DNA from: Acidobacteriota bacterium
GTDB lineage: Bacteria; Acidobacteriota; UBA6911; RPQK01; JAJDTT01
NCBI GenBank assembly: GCA_965217775.1
Contig: CBDCJH010000002.1
Coordinates: forward strand, 5,024,001-5,088,000
Length of the DNA: 64,000 nucleotides
Reading direction: 5' to 3'
Below, piece after piece: positions 17,395 to 27,027 of this stretch. The number at the start of each line of letters is the position of its first letter. Within the stretch, counting starts at the first letter, position 1. The notes below the pieces were generated by a model. The model ran no database searches. It had not been told where the DNA came from and saw only the letters and a list, made by a program, of their open reading frames with translations. The translations under genes and the position numbers were made by a program.

Positions 17395-20128
17395 CACCCT
17401 CTCTTCCCCTTCCCGGGTGCCCAGGTTGCCGTAGCGGTGGTAATCGATACTGACGCTCTGCTCCCTCAGATACCAAAGCAACTCCACCCGGCCCTGGACC
17501 AGGACCGGAGCTCGCGCCAGGTACACTCCGGAAGCGGCCTCCGCCCGGAACACGATCTCCGGCACCGTAGCTTTCCAGAGCGGCCACGACCCGGGGCAGG
17601 TCGTCCCGGTCCGCGGAAACGGCGGCAGGACTCGGCTGTTTCAGGCGCGAACGAAGGGCGGCAAGATGGGGGTCGGCCACCTGGAAGGGGCCGGTTGGAG
17701 ACGCACCGTCGCTAAAGTCCATGAGTTGGGCCACGTAGTTGGGGCCTCCGGCCTTGATTCCGGGACCAAAGGCGGACTTGGCCATGCCCTCGAAGGGTTG
17801 ACGGAGCACGATCGCCCCGGTGGTTCCCCGGTTGACGTAGAGGTTTCCCGCCTCGACGCGGTGGCACCAGTACGCCTGCTCGCGATCGTCCAGGCTCTCC
17901 AGTCCGGCGGTCAATCCGTAGCCGGTCCCACGGATGAGGCTCAGGGCCTGGTCCAGGTTCTTCACCCGCATCACCCCCAACACGGGACCGAAGAGCTCGG
18001 TCAGATGGGTGAAGCTTCCCGGCTGGACATCCCATTTGACGCCCGGCGAGTAGAGGCAAGGGTTTTCACCCATTCGCCTGGGCATGACCGCCCAAGCCTC
18101 GCCTGGCTCCAGTCCCTGGAGGCCCCTCTCCAGGGCGCCGGAAGGGGGTCGAATCAAGGGGCCCATCCGATTGCGCAGGTCCCAGGCCGAGCCGACCTCC
18201 AGGCTCCGCACCGCGTCGCAGAGTGTCTCCTTGAACTTTGGGTCCTGGTAGACCTCCTCCTCGACGAGGAGCAGGGAAGTCGCGGAGCATTTCTGTCCGC
18301 GGTGACTGAAGGCGGAGTGAATCACGTGACTGATGGCAAGTTCCCGATCTCCCAGAGCGGTCAAGGTGGTCGCGTTCTTGCCCCCGGTTTCCGCCAGAAG
18401 ATTCAGCTTCGGCTTGAGCCGGAGCATCCGCAGGGCGGTCTCCGTGCCGCCGGTCAGAATGACGGCGTCCACCTCCGGGTGGGAGACCAGACGGGACCCA
18501 CCTGTCGCCACGGCACAGGGCGCCATTTGCAGAGTCCGTCGCGAGATCCCGGCCCTCCGGAAGCACTGGCACAGCTCGTGGCCCACCAGCACGGTGTCGG
18601 GGGAGGGTTTGAGGATGACGGTGTTCCCCGCCGCCAGGGCGGCGGCGATTCCGCCTCCGGGTATGGCAATGGGAAAGTTCCAGGGGGAGACCACCACCAC
18701 GACGCCCTTCGATCTGACCTGCAAACCGGGAAGGTGGTGGAAGTAACGGGCGGCCAAGTCGTAGAAGACGACGAAGTCCACGACCTCGGAGACCTCCGGG
18801 TCCGACTCGGGCAGGGTTTTCCCGCCGTCCGCCAGGGCGGCGCCCATGAGGTCTCCCCGTCCGCGATGCAGCTCCCGGGCCACAGCCGCCAGGATCCGGG
18901 AGCGCTCTTCGACCGGCTTCCGACGCCAGCCGTCGGCATCGTTTCGAGCGCAGGCCACGGCCCGCTCCACGTCCTCCTCGTTGGCCTGCCGGTAGCGGCC
19001 GACGATCAGGCCCGGCCGGGATGGGTCCAAACAGTCACGCGTTTCCCGATTCCGAAAGATTTTCCTCCCGGCCACCACCAGGGGAACCTCCACCTTGTTG
19101 TCGCCGTGTCGAGGTTTCCAGCGCTCGATGATCCCTTGGGCCCACACGCGATTGACCGGCAGTGAGAAATTGGTGTCGGGTTCGTTGACAAATTGGTTCC
19201 ATGAGCTCGGGCGTGCCGACTCACCGGACTCGGCCAAGCGGTTCCGGGCGCGCCGGGGTGTTTCGGATACGTCCTCGCGGCACCGGGAGGATTCCAGGAA
19301 CCCCTCTTCCAATCGTTTCCACTCCGGGCTGTCCGGGACCAGCCCGAAGGCATGCCTGAGGAAGTTGTCGGGTCCCGTGTTCTCGTCCAGGCGGCGAAAC
19401 AGGTATCCGACGGCGTTGATGAAGTCCTCCTTTTTGGTCGCCGGCGCATAGAGGAGCAGGTTCTGCGTCAGCTCGAGCAGTGCCCGGCGCTGGGCGTTGG
19501 CCATCCCTTCCAGCATCTCGAACGGCACCCGGTCCAGGGCACCGGTCTCCGCAGCCGACAGCAGGGCGTACGAATCCAGACGCCTCCGGGCCTCGGCTTC
19601 TCCCAGGAGGGCCTCGCCCAGGAAGTTGACGTTCATCCGCACACCGTTCTGCCGCCGTGCCTCCAGGTGCCGGACCAGCAGAGCCTCCTCGGCAGGGAGA
19701 ATGACGTTGGCGGTCTCTTCCCGCATCCTTTCCCTGACCAGGGGCGCCGCCACGCCCGGAAGGTAGCTGCCGAAAGAGCGAAAGCCCCTGAGGAGAGTTC
19801 GGTCCAGGCCGCTGAAGAAACGAGGAATTCCCTGCACGTCCAGGATGTGCAGGATCTGGTCGACTGCGCGATGCGGGCTGTTGGAGCGGAAGGCCTGGTC
19901 AGTGAGCTGGGTGAGCGTCGCCTTGTCGCGGGGACTCTGAACCATCCGCTCCAGTTCGGCCTGCTGCCTCACTTCGACCTGGGTCTGAAGCGCCGCCGCC
20001 GTTTCCTGAAGTTGCCGCGCCAGGAAGACGGCTTTCTGCGCCCGCTCCGTGTAGGGTGACCCGGAGTCCGGTACGAATGATCCGAGGAGTGTGTCCCATG
20101 CCTTCTTCAATGTGACCCGCCGGAACAA
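17383..20128 (-). pseudogene. putA: Bifunctional proline dehydrogenase / P5C dehydrogenase, internally deleted and frameshifted
   Basis: NVNFLGEA is joined almost directly to FEMLEGMA, so the PRODH barrel core is missing. ALDH motifs PWNFP, ETGGKNA and GQKCSA are present. The normal end LREQSVSIDYHRYGNLG lies in another frame (17383-17565). Confidence 0.82.
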
Positions 20129-20203
20129 AACCTCTGGTCATGGCCGTTTCCGTGCCCGATCGGTCCTCGGATGCCCGCTTCCATCGCCGCCGCCGCTCAC
20201 CTG

Positions 20204-20253
20204 GGCGGGCGCAGGAACGGTCTCCGTGCTCGCGGAACTTTCGCCCCGGACTG
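20204..20253 (+). mobile_element. MITE family A, degenerate right-end fragment
   Basis: GGCGGGCGCAGGAACGGTCTCCGTGCTCGCGGAACTTTCGCCCCGGACTG abuts the TAA stop of the adjacent gene. Confidence 0.8.
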
Positions 20254-20769
20254 TTACCGGCGGCGCTTCAGTTCGAATGTCATCGGGGACTCCTCGGTGA
20301 TTTCCCCGTCCTTCATGCTGTGCCAGTGGGTCGTGAGGCGGTCCTTCCCGCGCAGGATGTACTCGGCGTGGTGCATGTAGTGGCCCTGGCGTGACGAGAG
20401 ATTGGTGATGCTTTCGAAACGCAATTCCAGGCGGTTTTCGTCGTCCGTGGCCCGCACTTCCAGGCGCGGCTGATTCCCCGCCGCACAGTAGTGGGTCATC
20501 AGCACGCGTTCTCCGTCCGCGTGGTACATGTTGAGCATTTCATGTCCGTCGGGGCTGTTCGGAAACATCAGCTCCACCAGGGCCGAACCGCCGGAAGTGA
20601 GCCGGAAGCTGGAGCCGACGACGCCGGTTTCTTCGCCGTTCTCGTCCAGCATGACCCATTCGCCTTCCAGCGCAGTCAGTTTCGACATCACGCCAGCGTC
20701 CTCCGCGCCCGCCCGGGAGAGGCTGATGGCTGCCAGAGCCAAGCCGACAAACAGTGTTTTTCTTGCCAT
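20254..20769 (-). CDS. Secreted hypothetical protein (predicted beta-barrel)
   Basis: Signal-peptide-like N-terminus; L.GEW and MTHYCAAGNQPR conserved-looking motifs; GAGGAG SD. Confidence 0.75.
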   Translation of the reverse strand: MARKTLFVGLALAAISLSRAGAEDAGVMSKLTALEGEWVMLDENGEETGVVGSSFRLTSGGSALVELMFPNSPDGHEMLNMYHADGERVLMTHYCAAGNQPRLEVRATDDENRLELRFESITNLSSRQGHYMHHAEYILRGKDRLTTHWHSMKDGEITEESPMTFELKRRR

Positions 20770-21031
20770 TGGATGTTTCTCCTCGACATCAGTCTAGCAA
20801 CAAACCGGCGGCTGGTGGCCAATCAGAGAGATCCGCGCAGCCGCTGGGCGCGCCAGGCTTGGAAAACGTCTCGACGGAAGACGTTGTCCAGCGCAAGAGG
20901 GGCGGTCACGCTTCCAACTTGACTGCTTGCAAATTGGCGGTGTTTGATTCGCAGGTTGGAGCCGTCGAGACCCGCGAGCCGCCGCTCCGGCATCTGGAAT
21001 TTGACCTGGAAAACAATCCGATTCCGGCGTG

Positions 21032-21092
21032 CATTCCGAATCAGACGGTGTTACATTCCGAATCAGACGGGTCCGGATTCCGAATTGGACGA
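21032..21092. repeat. Three tandem copies with a 22-bp period ((C/G)ATTCCGAAT(CA/TG)GACG)
   Basis: Units start at 21032, 21054 and 21076, immediately upstream of ATG 21099. Confidence 0.85.
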
Positions 21093-21098
21093 TGCTTG

Positions 21099-22358
21099 AT
21101 GCCAGACCGGACGATACGCCGTGGGGAGTTTGTGGCGCGGCATGCCGAGCGGCCGGTGCGCACGGCGCTGGCAGATACCCGCATCGTCGCGATCGTGGGG
21201 CCGCGCCAGTCCGGCAAGACGACGCTCGCTCGCCGCATAGCCGCCGCCGACGGCCGCCCCTTCATCACCCTGGATGACGGCCAGTTCAGGCGGTTTGCCC
21301 GAAATGATCCGGCCGGCTTCATGCGCGCCCAACCAGCCGCGGTGATCGATGAAATCCAGCGCGCGCCAGGTCTCATCCTGGCACTCAAGCAAGCGGTGGA
21401 TGAAGACCCGCGTCCCGGGCGCTTCCTGATCACGGGCTCGGTCGACCTTTTCCGGGGCTCGATCTCGCCTGATTCGCTCGCGGGGCGCGTCGAGACGATC
21501 GAGCTCCTACCGTTTTCGCAAGCGGAGATCGCCGGTGCCGGTCCGCCGGACTTCCTGGATCGAGCCTTTGCCGCAGATTTTCCGAACCTCGCGCTGACGG
21601 GATCGACCGGCGGCTTGACGGAACGCGTCATCAGCGGCGGTTTTCCCGAAGCTCTTTCCCGTACGGTTCCTTCCCGACGCCGGAGCTGGCTGCGGGCTTA
21701 TGCCCGCGCGCTCGCCGAACGCGATGTCTCCGACATCGCCTCCATCGCCAAGCTGAATGACCTGAGCCGCCTGATCGACCACGCGGCTGTTTCCGCGGGC
21801 CAGTTGCTCAACCTGTCGGCCCTCGGATCGCGGATTGGCGTCGACGGCAAGACGGTCGACCGCTGGCTCGCCTTGTTCGAACACATGTTTCTGGTCCGCC
21901 GTATCTTCGCATGGCATCGTAGCGGGCTGAAAAGGCTCATCAAGGCGCCGAAGCTGCACTTTCTGGATTCCGGTCTGCTGGCGGCGCTCCAGCGGGTCTC
22001 GGCGGCGACAGTGGCCAAGGACCGGCAGAAACTGGGACCGAATCTGGAAAGCTTCGTCTATGCTGAGCTCGCCAAGGCGGCCACTCTTTCCGACGAGGAA
22101 CTGACCATCAGTCATTATCGCGACAAGGATCAGGTCGAAGTCGACTTCGTGCTGGAGCGATCCCCCAGCGCAATCGTCGGGATCGAAGTCAAAGCGAGCG
22201 CGACGGTGCGCCCCAGGGACTTCAAGGGCCTGAAGCGCCTGCGAGAGGCCGTCGGCGACGGTTTCGCTTGCGGCATCATCCTTCATGACGGCGAGCGCGT
22301 TCAACAAGCCGGGTCCAAGCTTTTCGCGATGCCCGTCAAGATGCTCTGGACGAACTGA
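21099..22358 (+). CDS. AAA_14 ATPase with a DUF4143 (PD-(D/E)XK-like) C-terminal domain
   Basis: GPRQSGKTT, IDEIQR, LITGS, SLAGR, PKLHFLDSGL and EVDFV..GIEVKAS motifs. Confidence 0.9.
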   Translation: MPDRTIRRGEFVARHAERPVRTALADTRIVAIVGPRQSGKTTLARRIAAADGRPFITLDDGQFRRFARNDPAGFMRAQPAAVIDEIQRAPGLILALKQAVDEDPRPGRFLITGSVDLFRGSISPDSLAGRVETIELLPFSQAEIAGAGPPDFLDRAFAADFPNLALTGSTGGLTERVISGGFPEALSRTVPSRRRSWLRAYARALAERDVSDIASIAKLNDLSRLIDHAAVSAGQLLNLSALGSRIGVDGKTVDRWLALFEHMFLVRRIFAWHRSGLKRLIKAPKLHFLDSGLLAALQRVSAATVAKDRQKLGPNLESFVYAELAKAATLSDEELTISHYRDKDQVEVDFVLERSPSAIVGIEVKASATVRPRDFKGLKRLREAVGDGFACGIILHDGERVQQAGSKLFAMPVKMLWTN

Positions 22359-22415
22359 GGGCAGGAAGGATGGCCGTCTCGCGTATGATCCGGGTCGCAC
22401 GAGGAGTGGGGAGGC

Positions 22416-22694
22416 TCAATCCAGGTCCCAGAGGCGTTTCGGGTCCTCCAGTTCGTCCTTGGACCGCAGGGCTTCCCGAAACTTGTCCTCCAGACTGGAA
22501 TGCCGGCGTTTCTCATCATCCATCGCCTGACTGAAGAGTTGGTCAGCCTTGGACTTCCGCTCCGCGACCTTTTCCAAGGCCGACTCGAAGGAGTAGTCCG
22601 GTTTCTTGCTCTCGCCTCGAATCACGAGCCCGGTCTTGGCGTCGACCAGGAGCCTGCATCCACATTCGGGGCATTCCACCTTGAGTCTGGACAT
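22416..22694 (-). CDS. Small conserved hypothetical protein (N-terminal CPEC, coiled-coil tail)
   Basis: VECPECGCRLLVDAKTG; typical codon usage. Confidence 0.75.
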   Translation of the reverse strand: MSRLKVECPECGCRLLVDAKTGLVIRGESKKPDYSFESALEKVAERKSKADQLFSQAMDDEKRRHSSLEDKFREALRSKDELEDPKRLWDLD

Positions 22695-22769
22695 GATTTC
22701 CCAATTCTAATACGAATCGCCCAGGGCCGCTCCGGAGGGGGGAACGGAAGGTTGCCGGACCGGCGTTCG

Positions 22770-23369
22770 TCAGGATGGAATGCGGGAGAGTTCTTCCAAC
22801 TGGCGCCGAATTCCGGGCTCGGCCATGAGTTCCGACGCGCGAAACAGGGAAAAATAGCGGTAGGAATCCAGATTCTCGGCGGCGCCCTCCTCCCGATCGA
22901 CGATGGAGATGACGGTGGCCACCCGGTAGCCTTCGGCCTCGGCCCGGACGATGGCCTTCCGGGCCGATCCTCCCGTCGTGCAGACGTCGTCGACCACCAC
23001 CACCGGAGACCCCTTGGGTCCCTGGTAGCCTTCCAGGTGGCGCCGGGTGCCGTGGCTCTTGGGCTGCTTGCGGACGATGAACGCGGAAATCGGGTCGAAC
23101 CGTTCCCGGTGGGCGAAGCTCACCGCCGCCACGGCGGCGACGATGGGGTCGGCGCCCAGGCTCAGACCGCCGATGGCGGCCGCCGAAACCTCGCGCCGCC
23201 GTAGCTCCTCCAGGATCAGCAGGGCTGAAAGGTAGGCCCCCTCGGCCTCCAGCGTGGCCTGCTTCAGGTCCAGGTAGTAGTGGCTCCGGCGGCCCGAAGC
23301 GAGCCGGAAGCGGCCCACCTTCAGGCACCGCGTCAACAGGATCTCTTTCAGGCGGTCGCGGGCGTCCAT
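22770..23369 (-). CDS. pyrE: Orotate phosphoribosyltransferase
   Basis: FRLASGRRS.YY.D, RKQPKSHG and VVVDDVCTTGGS PRPP motif. Confidence 0.93.
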   Translation of the reverse strand: MDARDRLKEILLTRCLKVGRFRLASGRRSHYYLDLKQATLEAEGAYLSALLILEELRRREVSAAAIGGLSLGADPIVAAVAAVSFAHRERFDPISAFIVRKQPKSHGTRRHLEGYQGPKGSPVVVVDDVCTTGGSARKAIVRAEAEGYRVATVISIVDREEGAAENLDSYRYFSLFRASELMAEPGIRRQLEELSRIPS

Positions 23370-23411
23370 GGGGATTCGAGTATACATGGAGTCTGGTACC
23401 ATGACGCGCTC

Positions 23412-24731
23412 ATGGAGAAACCGGGCAAGTGGCTGTCTCGGATCGGTCCGGGCGCCATCGTGGCATCCGCCACGGTGGGCGCCGGCGAAACGGTTCTGGC
23501 CGTCCGCGCCGGCGCCTGGGGCGGTTACGATCTCCTCTGGCTGATCCTTCTGGCCATCCTGGCCAAGTCGTTCCTGACGCTTTATCTCCTGGGTCACTAT
23601 ACGGTCGCCACCGGACGCGCGGTGGCGGAGAAGCTGGTGGATCTGCCCGGTCCACGGGGATGGTTTCTCTGGGTCATCCTGGTGCTGGAGTCTCTGGTGG
23701 CTCCCTTCGTCTTCGTGGTGATCGCCGTCCCCTGCGGGCGCTTGATGAGCCAAGCGCTGGCGGGGGGAGGATTGAACGTCTCCTACAAGTGGCTGGCTCT
23801 GGCCTTCCTGAGCTTGGCCATCCTGGTCGGCCTGGTCCAACGGTACGACACTCTGGAGAAGTCGCAGGGGTTGGTCTGCCTGGTGCTCCTGGTAGGAACC
23901 GTGACCGCCACCCTTCTGGCCCGCCCCGATTTCGCGGCGATTCTCAAGGGACTGTTCAGCCTGGGGACGGTTCCCCCCTATCCGGACTGGATCCCCACTG
24001 AAATCAAGGGCAGAAGCCGCCTTTTGGAGGTGGCCGCGGTCTTCGGATACGCCGGCAGCATCCCCATGAACTACGTGGTCTACTCCAACTGGGCCCTGAT
24101 GAAGGGCTGGAGCCTGAAGGGGGTCTCGGGACGGTCTGCGAGGAAGCGCGCCCTGGCGCCTCTGAAATTCGACGTGGGGGTCACCGCCGCCGTCGTGTTC
24201 CTGGTGACGGTGGCGTTCATGGTGGGCGGAGCCGCAATTCTGAACCCTGCCCGGAGGATTCCGCAGGGATACGATCTGCTGACGGAGCAGGCTCATATCT
24301 TCGCCGAAATCTCCCCCGTAATGATTCCGCTCTACTACGTCACTATTCTCGCCGCCCTCTGGGGGACATTGAACGCGCTACCCGACATTTACGGCAGAGG
24401 CGCTCACAGCTTTCTTCGGCAGCTCATGCCCGGCGCCCGGGGTTGGTCCCTCTCCCGGGTGAGAAACCTTTACGGGCTCTCCATCCTGATCCTTTCCGGG
24501 TTCTTTATCTGGAGTGGCACGACGCCCATCATCATGGTGGACATGGTGGCGCTCTTCAGCACCAATGTCGGTGTGGGCCTGACCTGTATCGCGGCAATCT
24601 GGCTGAATCGGCAATTGCCTCCCGGCAAACGGGTCCCGGCCTGGCTCTCCGGCGCCGCCGTGGCGGGGGCCGCCGTCACCAACGTCATGGCCCTGATTTC
24701 GGCGCGCGAAGTTCTGTTGCGTTACTTTTGA
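23412..24731 (+). CDS. Nramp/APC-superfamily membrane transporter
   Basis: IGPGAIVASATVGAGE..GY.LLW motif; about 11 hydrophobic segments. Confidence 0.8.
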   Translation: MEKPGKWLSRIGPGAIVASATVGAGETVLAVRAGAWGGYDLLWLILLAILAKSFLTLYLLGHYTVATGRAVAEKLVDLPGPRGWFLWVILVLESLVAPFVFVVIAVPCGRLMSQALAGGGLNVSYKWLALAFLSLAILVGLVQRYDTLEKSQGLVCLVLLVGTVTATLLARPDFAAILKGLFSLGTVPPYPDWIPTEIKGRSRLLEVAAVFGYAGSIPMNYVVYSNWALMKGWSLKGVSGRSARKRALAPLKFDVGVTAAVVFLVTVAFMVGGAAILNPARRIPQGYDLLTEQAHIFAEISPVMIPLYYVTILAALWGTLNALPDIYGRGAHSFLRQLMPGARGWSLSRVRNLYGLSILILSGFFIWSGTTPIIMVDMVALFSTNVGVGLTCIAAIWLNRQLPPGKRVPAWLSGAAVAGAAVTNVMALISAREVLLRYF

Positions 24732-24794
24732 CCCGAATTTCCGGTTCGGCTCTTGCGATCGACAAAAGCGAGACCCGCAGGAGGGAGGAAGCCC

Positions 24795-26330
24795 ATGGCC
24801 GCCGACAAGCGATTCAATCCTGACGACCTGAAACAACTGCTCCAGAACAAATACGGGACCGGGGTGCGGGTCGAAGTGTTCCCCAAGTCGGATCGGGAGG
24901 AGACGGGAGAAGAGCCGAATCAGGCACAGGTGGAGCATCGTGATCTGACGTTCGACTATCGGCCGAGCCAGATCAAGGAGTATCTGGACCGCTTCGTCAT
25001 TCAGCAGGACGAAGCCAAGAAGGTTCTGGCGACGGCGATCTGCGACCACTACCACCACATCCAGAACTGCAGCGATCCGGATGAATGCCGGGAGTACAAG
25101 AAGCAGAACATCATCATCATCGGTCCCACGGGGGTGGGAAAGACCTACCTGATCCAGAACATCGCCCGTTTGATCGGAGTTCCGTTCTGCAAGGCCGACG
25201 CCACCCGGTACAGTGAAACCGGCTACGTGGGAGGCGACGTGGAGGATCTGGTCCGGGAACTGGTCCAACAGGCGAACGACGACGTGCGGCTGGCGGAGTA
25301 CGGAATCGTCTACCTGGACGAGATCGACAAGATCGCCGCACCCACGGGCCAGATTGGAAGAGACGTGAGCGGCCACGGCGTGCAGAGGGGTCTCCTGAAG
25401 CTCATGGAGGAGACGGAGGTCCCGTTGCGGTCCCCCACGGACATCGCCAGCCAGATGCAGTCCTTGATGGAGATTCAATCAGGCCGCAAGTTGGAAAAGA
25501 AGACGATCAATACCAAGCACATCCTCTTCATCGTCAGCGGGGCCTTCAACGGGCTGACCGAGATTGTCGGAAAACGCCTGGGCTCGAGGCAGATCGGCTT
25601 CATGGGCGGAGAGCAGGAGTCGGACCGGAAAGAGGAACTGCTGTTGCAGCAGGTTCGTTCCACGGACTTCGTGGAGTATGGTTTCGAGTCGGAGTTCATC
25701 GGACGCCTGCCGGTCGTGACCCACTGTCGCCGCCTCAGCGTCGACGACCTGTTTCAGATCCTCAAGAGGTCGGAGGGGTCCCTCCTCAAGCAGTACAAGA
25801 AGGACTTTCTGGCTTACGGTATCGACGCCTATTTCAAGGATGGGGCGATGCGGGCGCTTGCCGATTTGGCGGCGAGGGAAGAGACGGGCGCGCGCGGCCT
25901 GATGACCGTGTGCGAGAGGGTCTTCCGGGACTACAAATACCATCTGCCGGATCACGAGGTGACGGAACTGGTGGCGGACCGCGAGCTGGTCGAGAATCCG
26001 AAGGCGGCGCTCAACGAACTCCTGGCCAAGCCGGACCTGCATCACGAGGCGATCCTGCAGTTCCAGCTCAAACGCTTCGAGGCGGAGTTCCACCACCAGT
26101 ACGGAGTGGAAATCATGTTTACGCCGGAGGCCGTGGCACTCATCTCGGAGCGGGTGAGGGGCCCGAATGCCGATGTCCTGCAGTACTGCCGGGACCTGTT
26201 TCGGGAATACGAGCACGGCATGAAACTGCTGGCTCGCGGGCAGGCTTCCAAGCCCCTGTTCGTGGACCCTCAGGTCATGGAAGACCCCGCAGGTTCGTTG
26301 GAGCGGTGGATCCGTGAGACTTACAAGTGA
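24795..26330 (+). CDS. ClpX-like AAA+ ATPase lacking the N-terminal zinc-binding domain
   Basis: GPTGVGKT, GYVGGDVE, DEIDKI, RDVSGHGVQ, IGF loop and TGARGL; C-terminal extension. Confidence 0.85.
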   Translation: MAADKRFNPDDLKQLLQNKYGTGVRVEVFPKSDREETGEEPNQAQVEHRDLTFDYRPSQIKEYLDRFVIQQDEAKKVLATAICDHYHHIQNCSDPDECREYKKQNIIIIGPTGVGKTYLIQNIARLIGVPFCKADATRYSETGYVGGDVEDLVRELVQQANDDVRLAEYGIVYLDEIDKIAAPTGQIGRDVSGHGVQRGLLKLMEETEVPLRSPTDIASQMQSLMEIQSGRKLEKKTINTKHILFIVSGAFNGLTEIVGKRLGSRQIGFMGGEQESDRKEELLLQQVRSTDFVEYGFESEFIGRLPVVTHCRRLSVDDLFQILKRSEGSLLKQYKKDFLAYGIDAYFKDGAMRALADLAAREETGARGLMTVCERVFRDYKYHLPDHEVTELVADRELVENPKAALNELLAKPDLHHEAILQFQLKRFEAEFHHQYGVEIMFTPEAVALISERVRGPNADVLQYCRDLFREYEHGMKLLARGQASKPLFVDPQVMEDPAGSLERWIRETYK

Positions 26331-26345
26331 GGAAGCCGCAACGCC

Positions 26346-26948
26346 TCAATTGGAGCGGCGGCGATAGACGGCGGCGAACACGGTCCGCAAGGGAGAGACG
26401 CAATAGGTCTCGATGATCTTTTTGCCCGCCTGAGGGCGAAAGCACTTCTCAAGGTAGGGAGTGTTCACCTTGAAGGAGAGCCGCATGATGTCGGCACCCT
26501 CCCCCCTTCTCTCCACGGCGAAAGCGTCTTGCAGACTGGGCTCCAAGAGGAAGATCTGGTTGTAGCGGAGGTGTTTCAACTCGTAGGGCGTCGGCACCTT
26601 CTCGATTCCCAGGTGCCGGTAGTGGGCCATGAGGCGACGCAGAAAATCGTCGTAGTCGAAAGACTCCACTTTGTTGTTGACGCTCACTTCCACGATGAAT
26701 GCGTCGTCGATCCAGGAAGAGCGCAGTCCGTAAGTGAAGTCCAGGTCGCCTTTGTTGAATTTGATTCGGTGGCCCTTTTCGTCGTGGAAACGCTTGAGCT
26801 CCTCGGTTCCCTGTTGGTCGGGAAGGTTCGCCACCTGCTCGCTGGTGATGTAGAAGCTGGCGACGTTCTCGTACCAACTGTCGATGATATTGCCGAGGAT
26901 CCTGTCGGCAGCCTGCCAAATAGTCCCGGCCTTAGCGGTGGTCAACAT
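26346..26948 (-). CDS. Hypothetical protein
   Basis: 200-aa ORF with normal composition filling the gap between genes; TACAAT upstream. Confidence 0.7.
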   Translation of the reverse strand: MLTTAKAGTIWQAADRILGNIIDSWYENVASFYITSEQVANLPDQQGTEELKRFHDEKGHRIKFNKGDLDFTYGLRSSWIDDAFIVEVSVNNKVESFDYDDFLRRLMAHYRHLGIEKVPTPYELKHLRYNQIFLLEPSLQDAFAVERRGEGADIMRLSFKVNTPYLEKCFRPQAGKKIIETYCVSPLRTVFAAVYRRRSN

Positions 26949-27027
26949 GCAGCCCACAGATTGTAAACCAGCCTCGAAATCGTGTAAATAGCTTCGATCC
27001 AGTTTTATTGACGGCGCCGGCCAGCGC

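Noticed and set aside
21032-21092. Mini CRISPR array
   Set aside because: The period is only 22 bp with 5-nt linkers, there are no unique spacers of CRISPR length, and no cas genes are present.
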